From Lama guanicoe (Eukaryota), in contig MU054212.1 of the NCBI GenBank assembly GCA_013239625.1, positions 3,038,001 to 3,102,000 of the forward strand: a stretch of DNA of 64,000 bases. Reading direction: 5' to 3'. Positions within the stretch are counted from its first letter, which is position 1, and the number at the start of each line of letters is the position of its first letter. The notes below the pieces were generated by a model. The model was not told the DNA's origin. It did no database searches and saw nothing but the letters and a program-made list of their open reading frames with translations. The translations under genes were made by a program, and so were the position numbers. Below are positions 25,720 to 37,660 of the stretch, in pieces.

Positions 25720-26230
25720 ATTCATATGGCTTTTATTTTCTTGTAATAGTTTCCCTTTTGATTATAAATTTAATGCATGTAAATTTTGCATGAATTTGGG
25801 GAAGATGTACAAAGGTTTAAAGATAAAATAAAATCACTTGCCATTCACTCCCCAGAAATAACTATTACTAACATTCTGGGATGTACCCTTTTATTCTGTT
25901 CTATACCTACATGTGTGTAGCATACATAGAAAATTGGGATCTACTCTACATTTTGTTGTACAATCTGGTTTTTTTTTTTCACTTAAAGATACGTTGTGAA
26001 AATTTCTCCATGCAATTGATTATTCTTCTAAAATGCAGTTTTTTTTTTAAAAAGTGGTACAGTTGTCTACGTATTTACTCAATCTTTATTTATGGTGGAG
26101 TTTAAACAGAATTCTGACTTTTATAGTTCACATGCGTATGGATAATGAAGCATCTATTTTTATATCTGTAGACTCTCTTTTAGAAATACATTTATTTTGA
26201 GCAATAAAGTATTCGATCTTACTTTTGATT
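25720..26230 (-). mobile_element. Old L1 (L1ME-like) fragment
   Basis: aaatcacttgccattcactccccagaaataactattactaacattctggg...aattgggatctactctacatttt. Confidence 0.65.
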
Positions 26231-26564
26231 CACTCTTTCCCCTTGGGACCTTGGAATTAGAGCAAAAAATGAGAAAAGAAACAAGATAATGACTCCGGTT
26301 GAGGCAGTTAATGTTAATTAAACCGTAACTTTCCCTTCCCACTCTCCCTCCCTCCTACCCTCTCTCCCCGCTTTAGTCAATGCCTGTGTGTCAGGCGGAG
26401 TGTAGGTGATGGAGTAACAGGAAGCAAGTGCCAGTCCCTGCTTCAGTAGACATGCCACGGAGGGTGGGGGCCGAAGAGTGCCAGCGGAAGGAGTAAGAGA
26501 ATGGAGCTGATCGTGACCTGAGTATCAGCCTCGTAGGAAAGGTGACATAGGCAATTGTTGACCT

Positions 26565-26964
26565 GGAATGACACGGATGGACTTGGAGGGCATTATGCTA
26601 AGTGAAATAAGCCAGACAAAGGCAAATACTGTATGCTACCACTTATACGTGGAATCTAAAAAATAAAATAAGCTGGTGAATAGAACAGAAAGGAAACAGA
26701 TTCACGGACATAGAGAACAAACTAGAGGTTACCAGTGGGGGAGAAGGGAGGACAAGAGGCAAGATCGGGGGTGGTGATTAAAAGATACAAACTACTAGGT
26801 ATAAAACAAATGAGCTACAAGTGTATGCTGTACAACACAGGGAACACAGCCAATATTTTATAATAGCTTTAAATGGAGCATAAGCTTTTAACATCGTGAA
26901 TTACTATGTTGCACATTTGTAACATATAATATTGTACATCAACTATAACTCAACTTAAAAAAAA
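26565..26964 (+). mobile_element. 5'-truncated L1 3'UTR
   Basis: ggatggacttggagggcattatgctaagtgaaataagccagac...atattgtacatcaactataactcaacttaaaaaaaa. Confidence 0.9.
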
Positions 26965-28383
26965 GTAAGTACAGTGCCTATAACAACCACCAAAATATAC
27001 GGGGGAATCTGCTTGAGTAGATCATGACGCCAAAGAGATATTCCCTGGGTTGGGGGGTGGGGAAGGAATCTAATCCTGGGTCTAACTCCAGAGCCCATGA
27101 AATTCCAGTGCACTGTAATTTTTTCTGGAGCCTGTACGGTTTGGAATATTTTTGGTTTCTCAAAGCAAACCTGTTTCCACCTCTATTCATATCTCAGACT
27201 TGAGAAATCACTGGAAGTAGAAATAAGTTGGATTTGGACAGGAAAGGAAGAAAGGAACAAAGGGAAATCTGGCCAAGGGCAGAGAAAAGATTTTTTTTTT
27301 CCAGCCCAATTTCCAAATGATTTTTGAATCTTTTTTTTTTTTCTTCTTTCAATCAAATTCAGAGCATGCTCCATTTATTTTCAAACCTGGCTGGTATAAT
27401 TTTGTCACAGTTATTCACGTTTTCACAATCTTCACTTAACATCGCCAAATGCATTTGCCCAGGATTTTAAATAGCAGGCGAAGCAGCCTGGAGTCCTCTC
27501 TCCGGGAAGGGCTGGGGTGGCGGCGGGGGGTGCTGTTCTCCTAAAGGACAGAAAGAAGCAGCTACCGGGAGCCCTGACACAGGAGAAGATCCAGGAAAGT
27601 AGGACACCCTGGAGGGTATTTGGCATATAACAAGGTTGAGTTAGATCCCAAACGAAGCGAAATCAAAGCAGGCTGGCCTCATGCTGGAGATGGGAGTCTG
27701 CCTGGAGCTGACAAAGCCCAGGCTCCGGAGGGGCTTAACGACAGGGAAGGAAATGAAGACATTCCTCAGTTCTCCACCCGCCTCCTCTTCCCCAGACCCA
27801 AAGATGCTCCACCGTGTTTCACGCGAGGTGGAAAAAACACACAGGCTGCCTGCGTATGCCACTGTCCACAGGTCATTACGGCTTTGCCTGCAGTCAGCAC
27901 TTTGAATGCATCCTCAAAGGGAATCTGGAAGGAAATCTCTCCCCTGCCAAAATACATACATGTGCAGAGCATATAGATGCGCAGTCTGGAGACGAGGTCG
28001 CCTGGGAGGAGACGTTTTGCTCAGGGTGCCCAGAAAGCTCCTGGCCATGGGACCTGAGAGGGAGACTCTGTGGGTGTGAGCAAAGTCTTTGCCAACTGGT
28101 TGCTGTGGGGAACAGAAAACGCTTCCTGGCCCGGAGTAGAATCTTTCAGCCAACGCGGGGAGGGTTGGCCAAGGTTTTAGATGGGAGCTTGCATTCTTCA
28201 TGCGGGCAAGGTCATTGGCATGTAGGCAACAAAAGCGTTCCCTAGTGGGGAGTCGCATCTCTACTTCTTTGCTAGATGCTTTTCCGTGTCTAGGTGGCCC
28301 CAGGTTTTCATCTGCTCAAGTGATTTTGTGAACACAGGCAGAGAGACAAAAGAACAATCACATTAGGAAACACGTTATTGTAC

Positions 28384-28387
<4 letters not shown>

Positions 28388-28422
<35 letters not shown>
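28388..28422 (+). repeat. (CA)n microsatellite
   Basis: Uninterrupted CA run. Confidence 0.97.
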
Positions 28423-28424
<2 letters not shown>

Positions 28425-29975
28425 GCCTACCTTGGGACCACGCCTCGCAGCCCAATAACTAGTATCGTAACCCTTTCTTAAGATGGTCCTTGCATTCAGA
28501 AGTGGTTTTACCTTTGACTAATCAGATTTTGGAGTGACTCTTCATGTAAGCCAGTGACTCTTAGACCAGGAAGCCCCCGGAGCCTCACGCTCAGGGATTT
28601 TGATGTGCTGGTTCTGGAGCTGGGTCTGGGGCCTGGGTCGTTCTTTACCTGCTCCCCAAGTGCCTCCAACATCCAGGCAGGTGAGCAGCCCTGATGACCG
28701 TGGAGAAGCCCCATGGATCATCCTTCACCTGCCTCATGCCTCCTTCCTGCCGGGACAGCAGGTGCCCTAGAGCGGAGGACGAGGGACAGAAGGCTGAGTC
28801 CAAGCCGGATTATAATAGACTCTTAATAGAGTATTGCAAGTGGATTTCTTGTGTATTTTACTGTCACACTTTCAGATACAGGAAATCCGTTTGACCTGCA
28901 GGTCTCCAGGAGTGTTCAAAACGCGCGCACAGTCCTGGGTGACCCAGTCGTCCTCGGGTTAGGGGCTCTACTCACCTCCAGCCGCAGAATGCGCACCAGC
29001 TCCCCTGTCAGGAGACATGTATCTGAGAAAACTCACTGGCATCTTTTCTTTCACCTGGAAAAGGAAGAGAAAACCAAATAAAATCAATGCTTTGATGGTT
29101 TTCACCCCCCATCTGAGAGAATCCTGCTGCTTATTAATTAGTCTTTTCAGATTACTGTGGTTATATTGTGCTGCTTGGTTTTTTAGCGGAGGAAGCGGGT
29201 AACTTGGTCAGAGTTATCTGGTTATGACTGGACAAGCCTGTGCACAGCTTCGGATTGAAGTGAGTCCATTTCCCCAATACAGCCCGGCTCTCTGCCCAGG
29301 CTCAGGAGAAAGCCTTTTTGACATAAGGATTGGAAAAACCCCAAACATCTTCAGATCTTAGGGCATTCTTGCTGGCTCATTTATAATATCACAGGAATCT
29401 GGATAAAATGAATTTATTCAGCTCTATTACATGATATAATGGAATGCCCCGTGTTTTAACAATTATGTGTGTGATGTATATAATACATATTATGTAAAAT
29501 AGAATAAAAATATTTATAATTGCCTTTCATAGGATTAGAGACTGGATGATAACATTGACTATACTATCTGGATCCTATAAATTTGAGAAAAATCAATACA
29601 CATTTTCCCAAAGAGATCCTAAAAAATATGCATTGTACTGTTTGGACATTTTAACCAGCTAAGCAGCATTTAATTTAATTTAATTTAAAAATATTGTTTA
29701 CTTATTTTCAAATATGCACATGTTTCAAAATTCAAAAGATGCAAATGGTTAGCAGTAAAAAGCCTTTCTTTCCACCCCTCTCCCAGCCTCCCACCTCCCC
29801 TTCCTTGATTTGAACAGTGCTGCCAGTCTCTGGTATAGAGAAATCTTATTTGCAGGGTTTTTAGGGAGAATTGGAGGATGAAGAAGATCATTGTCACTAA
29901 AAGCAAAGAAGAAAAAAAAAAGAAAGAAAAAAGAAAGAAAGGTTTCAGTGGCAAATGGAGGAAGAAAACTCTTTG

Positions 29976-30340
29976 TTTTTTTCTTCCAGTTTTATTGAGA
30001 TAGGATTGCCGTACTGCACTGTGTAAGTTGAAGGTATTCAGCAAAATGATTCCATTTACACGTATCATGACGTGATTATCGTTAAGTTTAGCGAACACTC
30101 ATCATCTCATTTAAATACAAAACAAAAGGAATAGAAAATTTGCTTTCCTTGTGATGAGAACGCTTAGGTTTACTCTCCCAACGACTTTCATCCACAGCGC
30201 AGAGCAGTGTTGATTGTATTTATCACGTTGTACACTTCATCCCCAGCACTTACTTATCTGATAGTTGGTACCTTTTGAGCGCCCTCACCCACTCCTCCCC
30301 CCGCGCCCCCGCCAGCACCTCCTCTGGTGACATCACCTCT
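29976..30340 (-). mobile_element. L1 3' end (L1MA-like)
   Basis: tttttcttccagttttattgagatag...ttccttgtgatgagaacgcttagg...gttgtacacttcatccccagcacttacttatct. Confidence 0.85.
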
Positions 30341-31302
30341 GAATACGCAGCACAGTGGTATTTATCGCCAAACGGCTTTTTGAAATCTCCGTCAGTGGCT
30401 GCCCAAGCACAGTGCCTCGTCAGTAGATGCTGAAGAAACAGTTGCTCGGTTAATTGGCGGTTGATGGGATGCTGTCTTCCTTACACATCACATGACTCCC
30501 GGGTGCTTTCTCTGGTTCCTAGAGGGTCTAGAATCGGCAAGTTGGGCCTCCTGACCTTTGATTTCCCTGCTCCCTGGCCAGCCTATAACCTACCCTCGCT
30601 TGACTTGGAGCGTCTGGATTTCCCTGCCTGACATTCCCACGTGTGCAGTTCGGATGCTGCCTCTGCTCCGGGTTGTATTGGTGGTGCTGAGAAACGGGGA
30701 GCACTTTCTCCCGAGATGTGGGGCAGGTGAGGGCTGAGGCGCTTCCCCTGCTGTGTTAAGAGTTGCCTCCTACTTTCCCAGCAGGAGAGAAAGCCCAGTT
30801 GGGGTGAGGAAGCAGTTGTTTTAGCCACTGCTGCATGTCAAATAGGGCTTCCTATTGTTTTGTTTACCTTCTCAGCTAATCCTGGGATTTTAGTTCCAGG
30901 AGGATTTTGCTAGGTGGCAAGTATTCCAGGTGACTGGGAAAGAGTGTAGCAGGGGGAAATGGCACGGGGCTCTGTGTGGACCAGGACAACCTCAAGTTTT
31001 ATTCTCTATTATCTTTGTCCTCTTTGATTTCTTTATTTTCAAAAGCCCAGAAGAATATGTGAAACAGGCTGGACTGGACAGGTTGAAGCTAAGAAAGCTG
31101 TTTCCTTAGCAACTGTAGCCATACAAAAGGCTGGCGAGTGTTCCTTGTCTCATTTTTCATTTCATTTTCTGCAGTTTCTGAAAGGAGGTCAGATGCTCTG
31201 TATTAAGTTCGCGTTGCAGTTTTGCTTTGTGGTACCTTCTGTCTCAAAGCTGGGTAAGGCAGATTGTTGTGCAAATCTTTGTTTATTTCAGTAAGAAATG
31301 AG

Positions 31303-31343
31303 TGTATATATACATATGTATATATAAACACACATATATATAC

Positions 31344-31374
<31 letters not shown>

Positions 31375-31380
31375 TACACT
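31303..31380 (+). repeat. Compound (TA)/(CA) microsatellite
   Basis: Directly visible. Confidence 0.92.
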
Positions 31381-31679
31381 CTCACAGTCACATTTTGCAG
31401 CCAGTTTGCAAAGAATCATGGAATATTCATTTTATTTGTGAAGAGTTAAGAAAGGAAAGTGTGCAAGCAAAGGATGCACCAGCCGTATACATATTTGCAG
31501 GTCATCGGTCTTGACCGAGAGCTATTCTGACTTCAAAGTCATATCAGAATATTCTTGGCAATGGCAAACTGCACCTTTTCAAAAAAAAAATTCAGATTAG
31601 TCCTCCACTAATTGATTCCTCTTCTACAATTATATGCAAGACCTAAAATTGAAGTTTATGGTGAATTTCAAGTTTCCAA

Positions 31680-32250
31680 ATTCAATTCAACAATATTTAT
31701 TGCCTCTCTGATCCACTAAGAACTGCAGGGGATAAGCAGATGTGGTAAGATGGTCTGTGCCCTCAAGGAGTTTCAAATTTAGTAGCAGGAATAAGACAAA
31801 TACAGCGTAATTACAACTACAAGGAAGAAAGTGATGAATGGTGCAATGCAGTGGTTATCGACCTTGACTGCATATTGGAATCACCTGGGGAGATACAAAG
31901 ACACCAGAGGTTCTTCCCCAGAGGTTCTGCCTTAATTGGTTGTGGGGGGAGTGCAGCCAGGGGACTGGGATTTCAGAAAAGCTTTCCAGGTGATTCAAAT
32001 GCGCAGCCAAGGCTAAGTACCACTGGCAAAGAGCATCCAAGAGATGTCCAAGAGATATTTTGGATTGGCTGTGAGTAAAAAAGGCTTACATAGCATTTGA
32101 GAAGAACCCTGAAAAGTGGGTATGATTCTAGCAGGCAGAGGAATTTGGGACTGAAAGGTGGTGTCTGAGGAGGAGGAGGAGCGTGAGAACAGCCACAGAG
32201 GCATGAAACGGGGGAGCGTGCATTTAGGAGCCGTGTGGGGACCACCTGCG
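31680..32250 (-). mobile_element. L2 fragment interrupted by MER5A
   Basis: ttcaattcaacaatatttattg...gtctgtgccctcaaggagttt; resumes gcatttgagaagaaccctgaaaagtggg. Confidence 0.7.
31849..32025. mobile_element. MER5A hAT-Charlie element, near full length
   Basis: Terminal inverted ends cagtggt.../...accactg; internal ttggaatcacctggggag and ccaggtgattc. Confidence 0.88.
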
Positions 32251-33834
32251 CATGAGCTGGAGTATCTCGTGTCTGGGAAGGGGCAGACGGAGGGATACTG
32301 AGGTGGGGTAAGGTGTGAAGGACCCTGAGCTGGAGGATCCTGGTTCAAGTTTGTTTTCTGTTTTCAGCTGTGCCTCCAAATCTTCAGGGATTTGAGTCGA
32401 ATCTGATGGGGAGGAGTTCAGCAGAAGACACAAAAAAGAGCTCATGTTGGGAAAAAGGATGAATTCAATATCCGAAAAAACCACCACCTTATAGATTGAG
32501 GAGGAGCCTTGAAGGTAGTTCAGTTATGTTTATTTTCCAGATGAGGAGGCCCTAAAGGAACCGACCTGTGACAACTACCTGACTAGTTAGTGAGCTGTCA
32601 TGATTCCGAGGTCAGCGGGGTGTCCAGGCGGAGATGCCCAGTGGGCAGTTTACAGACAGGTCTGAGGCTGAGGAGAGAGGTCAGGGAGAGAAGCATAATT
32701 CTGAGGATCATTTTCAATGAGGACTTGAGGGCAAGGGAGGAATATGGAAAGAAAAGGGAGAGTGATATTTAGATGAAAAGAGAATTTGAAACCAGGAAAA
32801 GAGGCATAGAATTAGCACCAGAGAAGTAAGAGTCTGGTCGGAAGAATTTACTGGTACAGAAGCCAAGAAAGAGAGTTTCGAGGAGGAGGGGTCTACATGC
32901 AAAATGTTGTGGGTGGTGGAGAGGTTGCAGCCTTGGGGCTGAGGAGAGACCCTCGGGGGCGTGGCTTGTCTGTAACCAGTGCCCGCCTTCCTGGGCTGGT
33001 TGCTAGTGGCGGGTGGGTGGTGAATGAATGGCACTGAGGAAGTTACCGGGAACTGTTCTCATGGGCTGGGGAGTACTTCTCCAGGTCTCACTTGAGTCAT
33101 TTCTCAGCTATCAAAATACAACACGGTTGCAGTGAAAACCAAAGAGAATAATTTGCTTTCAGAGGAGATAAACAGCCTCTGATTCTGAAATTTCAACCCA
33201 AACCCACAAAAAAAAATGACATTCTACAATACAACCTTGAAAAAAAAGGAAACAACGTACAAATAAGACCATAATTAGCTGTCTTCCCAGTGTTTAAGCC
33301 ATGTATAAACGAAAGCCGAAGGATAGTGGGCTGTGAGCGTGTAGATAGATTATGGGTGTCACAGTTGATATACAGATCAGGAGAGAGAGGGAGAGTGGGG
33401 TTTTGCAGATGGGGAAGAGGAAAGGCTGGATTTTCCCGCTGGGGAGTGGAGGCAGCCCCACTCCAAGCTGGTCAGTCGTTCTGCTCAGCAGTGAGAATAT
33501 GCAAAGGCGTCATGCCTCCCAGAACCCCCTTGGCCGCCTAGAAAGGGAGAGTTAATGAACAAGGACAGACGCTACTAACCAAAGAAGAAACGCTTGATTT
33601 ATTATTCACTAATCTCCAAGGTCCCCATGCTATTCAGAATTAACACGCTCTCTGGAAAAATGGTCTAACACCTCTGGGTTTGATGTCGCTGTGCTTATCC
33701 GAGTACAGGCAGCATCTTTCTGAGGGCCAGGAAGGAGACACATAATGGAGCCCCCCACTCTTCCAGCTCTTCTGGTCATGTGGTACCACCTCCCACCCCC
33801 ATGTGCCGCATGGCATCCCTGACTGGAGCTGCCT

Positions 33835-34020
33835 TGTCTTGCATGTTCCCAGTGATGAGGAGTTCATCACCTAATAAGGTGGCCCATTCTGTTTTTAACT
33901 GATTTGATAGCCTTTGGGAAATCGCATGTGTTGGATTCTTCCTTTCTATAGCATTCGTCTTGCACCTGGTCCCAGGTCTTAGCTCTTTTAGAGTCTATCG
34001 TTCCCTTCAAGCTCCTTCTC
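33835..34020 (-). mobile_element. L3/MIR3-type 3' fragment
   Basis: ccagtgatgaggagttcatcacctaataaggtggcccattctg. Confidence 0.6.
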
Positions 34021-36899
34021 TATTAGCTATTGAATTTGTATTCTACGGCTGGAGTTATTTTCATTTGCTTTATGATATGTTAAAAAAACACAAAAAATTG
34101 TAGCTTATGTACTCGAACTAAAATTCTTTGGTATGACGTCTATGTCCATTTGGAGACCTCCATCCGTTTAAAAGGGAACTTAAAGTCAACACAATGTTGG
34201 TAACTTCGTTTACTCATTAAACTGAAAAAGTCTAGGCTACACTTAGTATTTTTCCCGAGTTGAGTGGTCTGTGATGTGTCTTTGATAAATGTCTTTCTGT
34301 GCAGGACCTTCTTTTCCTGTGTGCTGGACCTACTGGGCGGAGCCAGTCTATGGCACGAAGCACAGCCATGCCTTTTTCAGTGGTGAGCCTGAGCGATGTC
34401 TGAGCTACCAGACAATTTAACAGTTGTCACTTACAGAGGTCCATCTGCATCCAGATCTCAGAACTCTTTTTTCATCACCATCTTAGGGAGAAGGGACCAC
34501 GCTGAACATTTTTCCAGATAGTCCAGCACTAAGGCGGTCACAAGTGAGTATTTGGTAAATTCCTGCTGAGTTGGCGTGAATGGAATCCACTTCAGTAGAT
34601 TTCCCATTTTCCCTTGGACTTCTGTTTTCCTGTGGGGGTACTGGTGGTCCTCTCCGCAAAACCAGAAAGACATCTTTTGATAATTCCTAATTCTGCAAAG
34701 TGTATTTGGATTCTGTAGCAATTCTTTGTGAGCCTAGGTCAAGAATTCTGATAGATGTTATTGAAAAATTGTGTGTTTTTTTTTTAAATTGATACTACAA
34801 AAGGGAAAAAGGATAAGAAGCTTTCAGGATTAGGTCAGGAATCTAAGTTGGCGTGTTCCAATGGGCAGCAGAAGTTCCCACTGCTCAAAATCTCACATGC
34901 CAAAATGCTTACCTTTTTTGGTCTGGGTTCTTCAGAGTCTGCAGGATATCTGGATGAATGTTTTCAGTCACGTTCGTCTATCAGAGAATTGACGTTATTT
35001 TTGTCCACAAGGACTAAGACATATGCAAACAAGCTGCAGTTTTTTTCTCCCCCATACATAGTTTTTCAGGGTGTTTTTCCTGATTCCCTGTACATAAGTT
35101 TAAATGCACTGTGACTTGAGATGAGACCAATTTAAAACAGACACTGTTCTTTTCATTTTAACAAATTCCCTGATTGTATCCGTCTCTATTACTTTCACCC
35201 CGGTAGGCAGTTCTGGCTGGATCACTTGGTTGATGTGAATTCATGGGTTGCATTTGGGTTCCTGGGTACCAGATTCATCTGTAAGTCCCTCTCTGTCCGT
35301 TTTCGGCAGTTGGTCTGTCAATCTACTCAATGATTGTTCCCCTTGGCCTTTTTAGTAGGCATTTATGTACATTAATGGTAGAAGTTTTATGTACAAATAA
35401 AATCTGACATGTTTTTCAAATGTTGGATTGGCATTTAGTGGATACTTTCGTGCTTGCTCTGTAAACTGTAGGGCTGTTAATTTTACTGGAAGGCCAGTCC
35501 TTGGAACCAAAGCCAATAGCAAGGCGCCCCTCCTGGGCCCCCTTAACCCTTTTGTTGAGGCACAAGTTTTCCTATCATTTCAATGAAAGGGCAAGTCAGG
35601 AGATGACAGTCATCTGGATGTCAGGGTATTGGAGGGGTTGGCAGAAGGAAAGAGTGTGAAGAATGGGGGGTGGGTAGTTCAGTAGAAGGTTGTGGAACCA
35701 CGGAGATCTGAGGTTATTAGACAAATTAACAAAATATTGTCTCTCCGGCAAATGTTGTGCTGAAGACTTCTTACCCAGAGTGGAGTGTGGCTTGAATCCA
35801 AATGTTCTTGAAGATCCACATATAGATTTAGATGGGTTTGGAAGGGAGCCAAAGGCCTTTTTTCAAGGTCGATTTCCAATGTCATTTTCCGATTCTCCTG
35901 GAGACGGGCTCTGTCACCATGATCTCCTAGAGCCACCAGCGCCTCATTTTGCCTTAGACGTTCTTCATTACTCCTCATCTCCTTTGCTGAACCGGGTGCT
36001 CCCTGAGGGCGGGGCTGACCTGGTATCCTGCTTGTGTCTCTCGCTGTGCTTAGTGGAGAAGGTGCTGTCCAGATGCTGGAGCTGAGTTGCACAGACTGGG
36101 ATTGAAAGGGATGGGAGAGAAAGCAGGTCAACTTTGAAAGCCTCTTGCATTTTCAAGAGCTGGAGATCCCTCCAGAGGCCACCCCCGGGGAGGAACGGGC
36201 CGCGTCATGATGTGTGGAAGCTGCCTTTCTGGTGGAGGGGATGGCTGTGAAGCCCTGCCAGGGCATTTCCAAGCGGATGTCTTCTCAGAATCCTCAGTGC
36301 TCTTGGGCACAGCCAGGCTCCGAGGAAGAGGGTGACTCTGTTGGGTCATTAGAAAGCATTTAACCTCCAAGCGCTGAGGGCAGGAAAGGGAAAAGGCCTG
36401 GAGGATGAGATCGGCTCAGGGTACCAGGGAATAGATCAGAATTCTGAGTGACATCTTGCCTGTTTAAGCACTGTGACCTCCTTCTCTAGGTAAAGTCTCC
36501 CAGATCGAGTAGGTGACATGTCCCTCCTCCTTTATTTCCTGAGCCCTTTCAGCCACACGGATCTGCGGAATCCTGCAGCACAGGGGTTTCACTCATTCAT
36601 CCCTGGGTGCTGCATGCCATAGAAGTGGAGTGAGAAAATCCACCACCCTGTTACCCTGTTAGGATGCTAGCTTCCACGGTCCTGCCTCTGCTTTGATACT
36701 CCCATCCTGCCACTGAGCGCCTGACTCTGAATTTCTAAGGTGCCTAGCACAACGCCTTATGCTGATTAGGTTTATTAAAACAACAATAATAATACATTTA
36801 AAATAAAACTATTGTTTCATAAATGCTTTCATTTTAATATATTAATTAAAAATCAAGAACATTTAATTTTTAACATGGTTTTACTTAATTTTATCTTCT

Positions 36900-37660
36900 T
36901 GGTTGATATTTATAAAATGTGATTATGTAAAAAAAAAATGACAGCTTCAAAATCATGAACCACCACCTAATCACAGACTATAATGTTGTTAAAAACTTCC
37001 ATCTGGCTGTACATCTTACTGTTACCCCAAACCCTGCTTCTATCCCACAGCTAACGATTCTCATAATGTTTGTATTTATCATTCTGTTGCATTTCGTCTT
37101 AAACACAGTTTTATCTCCATGTGCACATGCTTAAACAAGGTATTATTCAGTTGTATTTAAGTTTCATTTTAAAAATCCTATCATCTTGCTTTTAGGTTTC
37201 TGGAATTTTCTTTTCTCTACTTAAAATTACATTTCCATAATGTATTCATGTGGTTGCATGTGGTCATAGTTTATCAATTTTCATTGCCACGTAATATTCT
37301 ATAGTGTGAAAATACAATAGTTTTTTTCCCCCCATTTTCCTGTTGATGGACATTTGGCTTGTTTATTGTTTTTGCTATTGTATGTTACTGGTGTGAAGCA
37401 AGGGAAGTTATCTGGGGGGGGGTGTATCCATTTAGGAATAAGGTCTACAAGTGTTCAGCTTGGCAGGATGATGCCAGACTGTTTTTGCAAAGTGGATCAC
37501 CACTTATTTTCCCACCAGCCAGCTATGAGATTCCCCACTGACCTGCTTTCTCTATCGCCCATGGTAGACTTCGCTTTTTCCCCCCCTTAAACCATCCAGT
37601 GGGTATAAGATGATATATGACTTTTTGTTTCTCTGCTTTATCATGGGGATGGGACTGAGG
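36900..37660 (-). mobile_element. Old L1 (L1ME-like) fragment
   Basis: tattcatgtggttgcatgtggtcatagtt...ttcctgttgatggacatttggcttgttt...tgccagactgtttttgcaaagtgg...cccaccagc. Confidence 0.75.
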
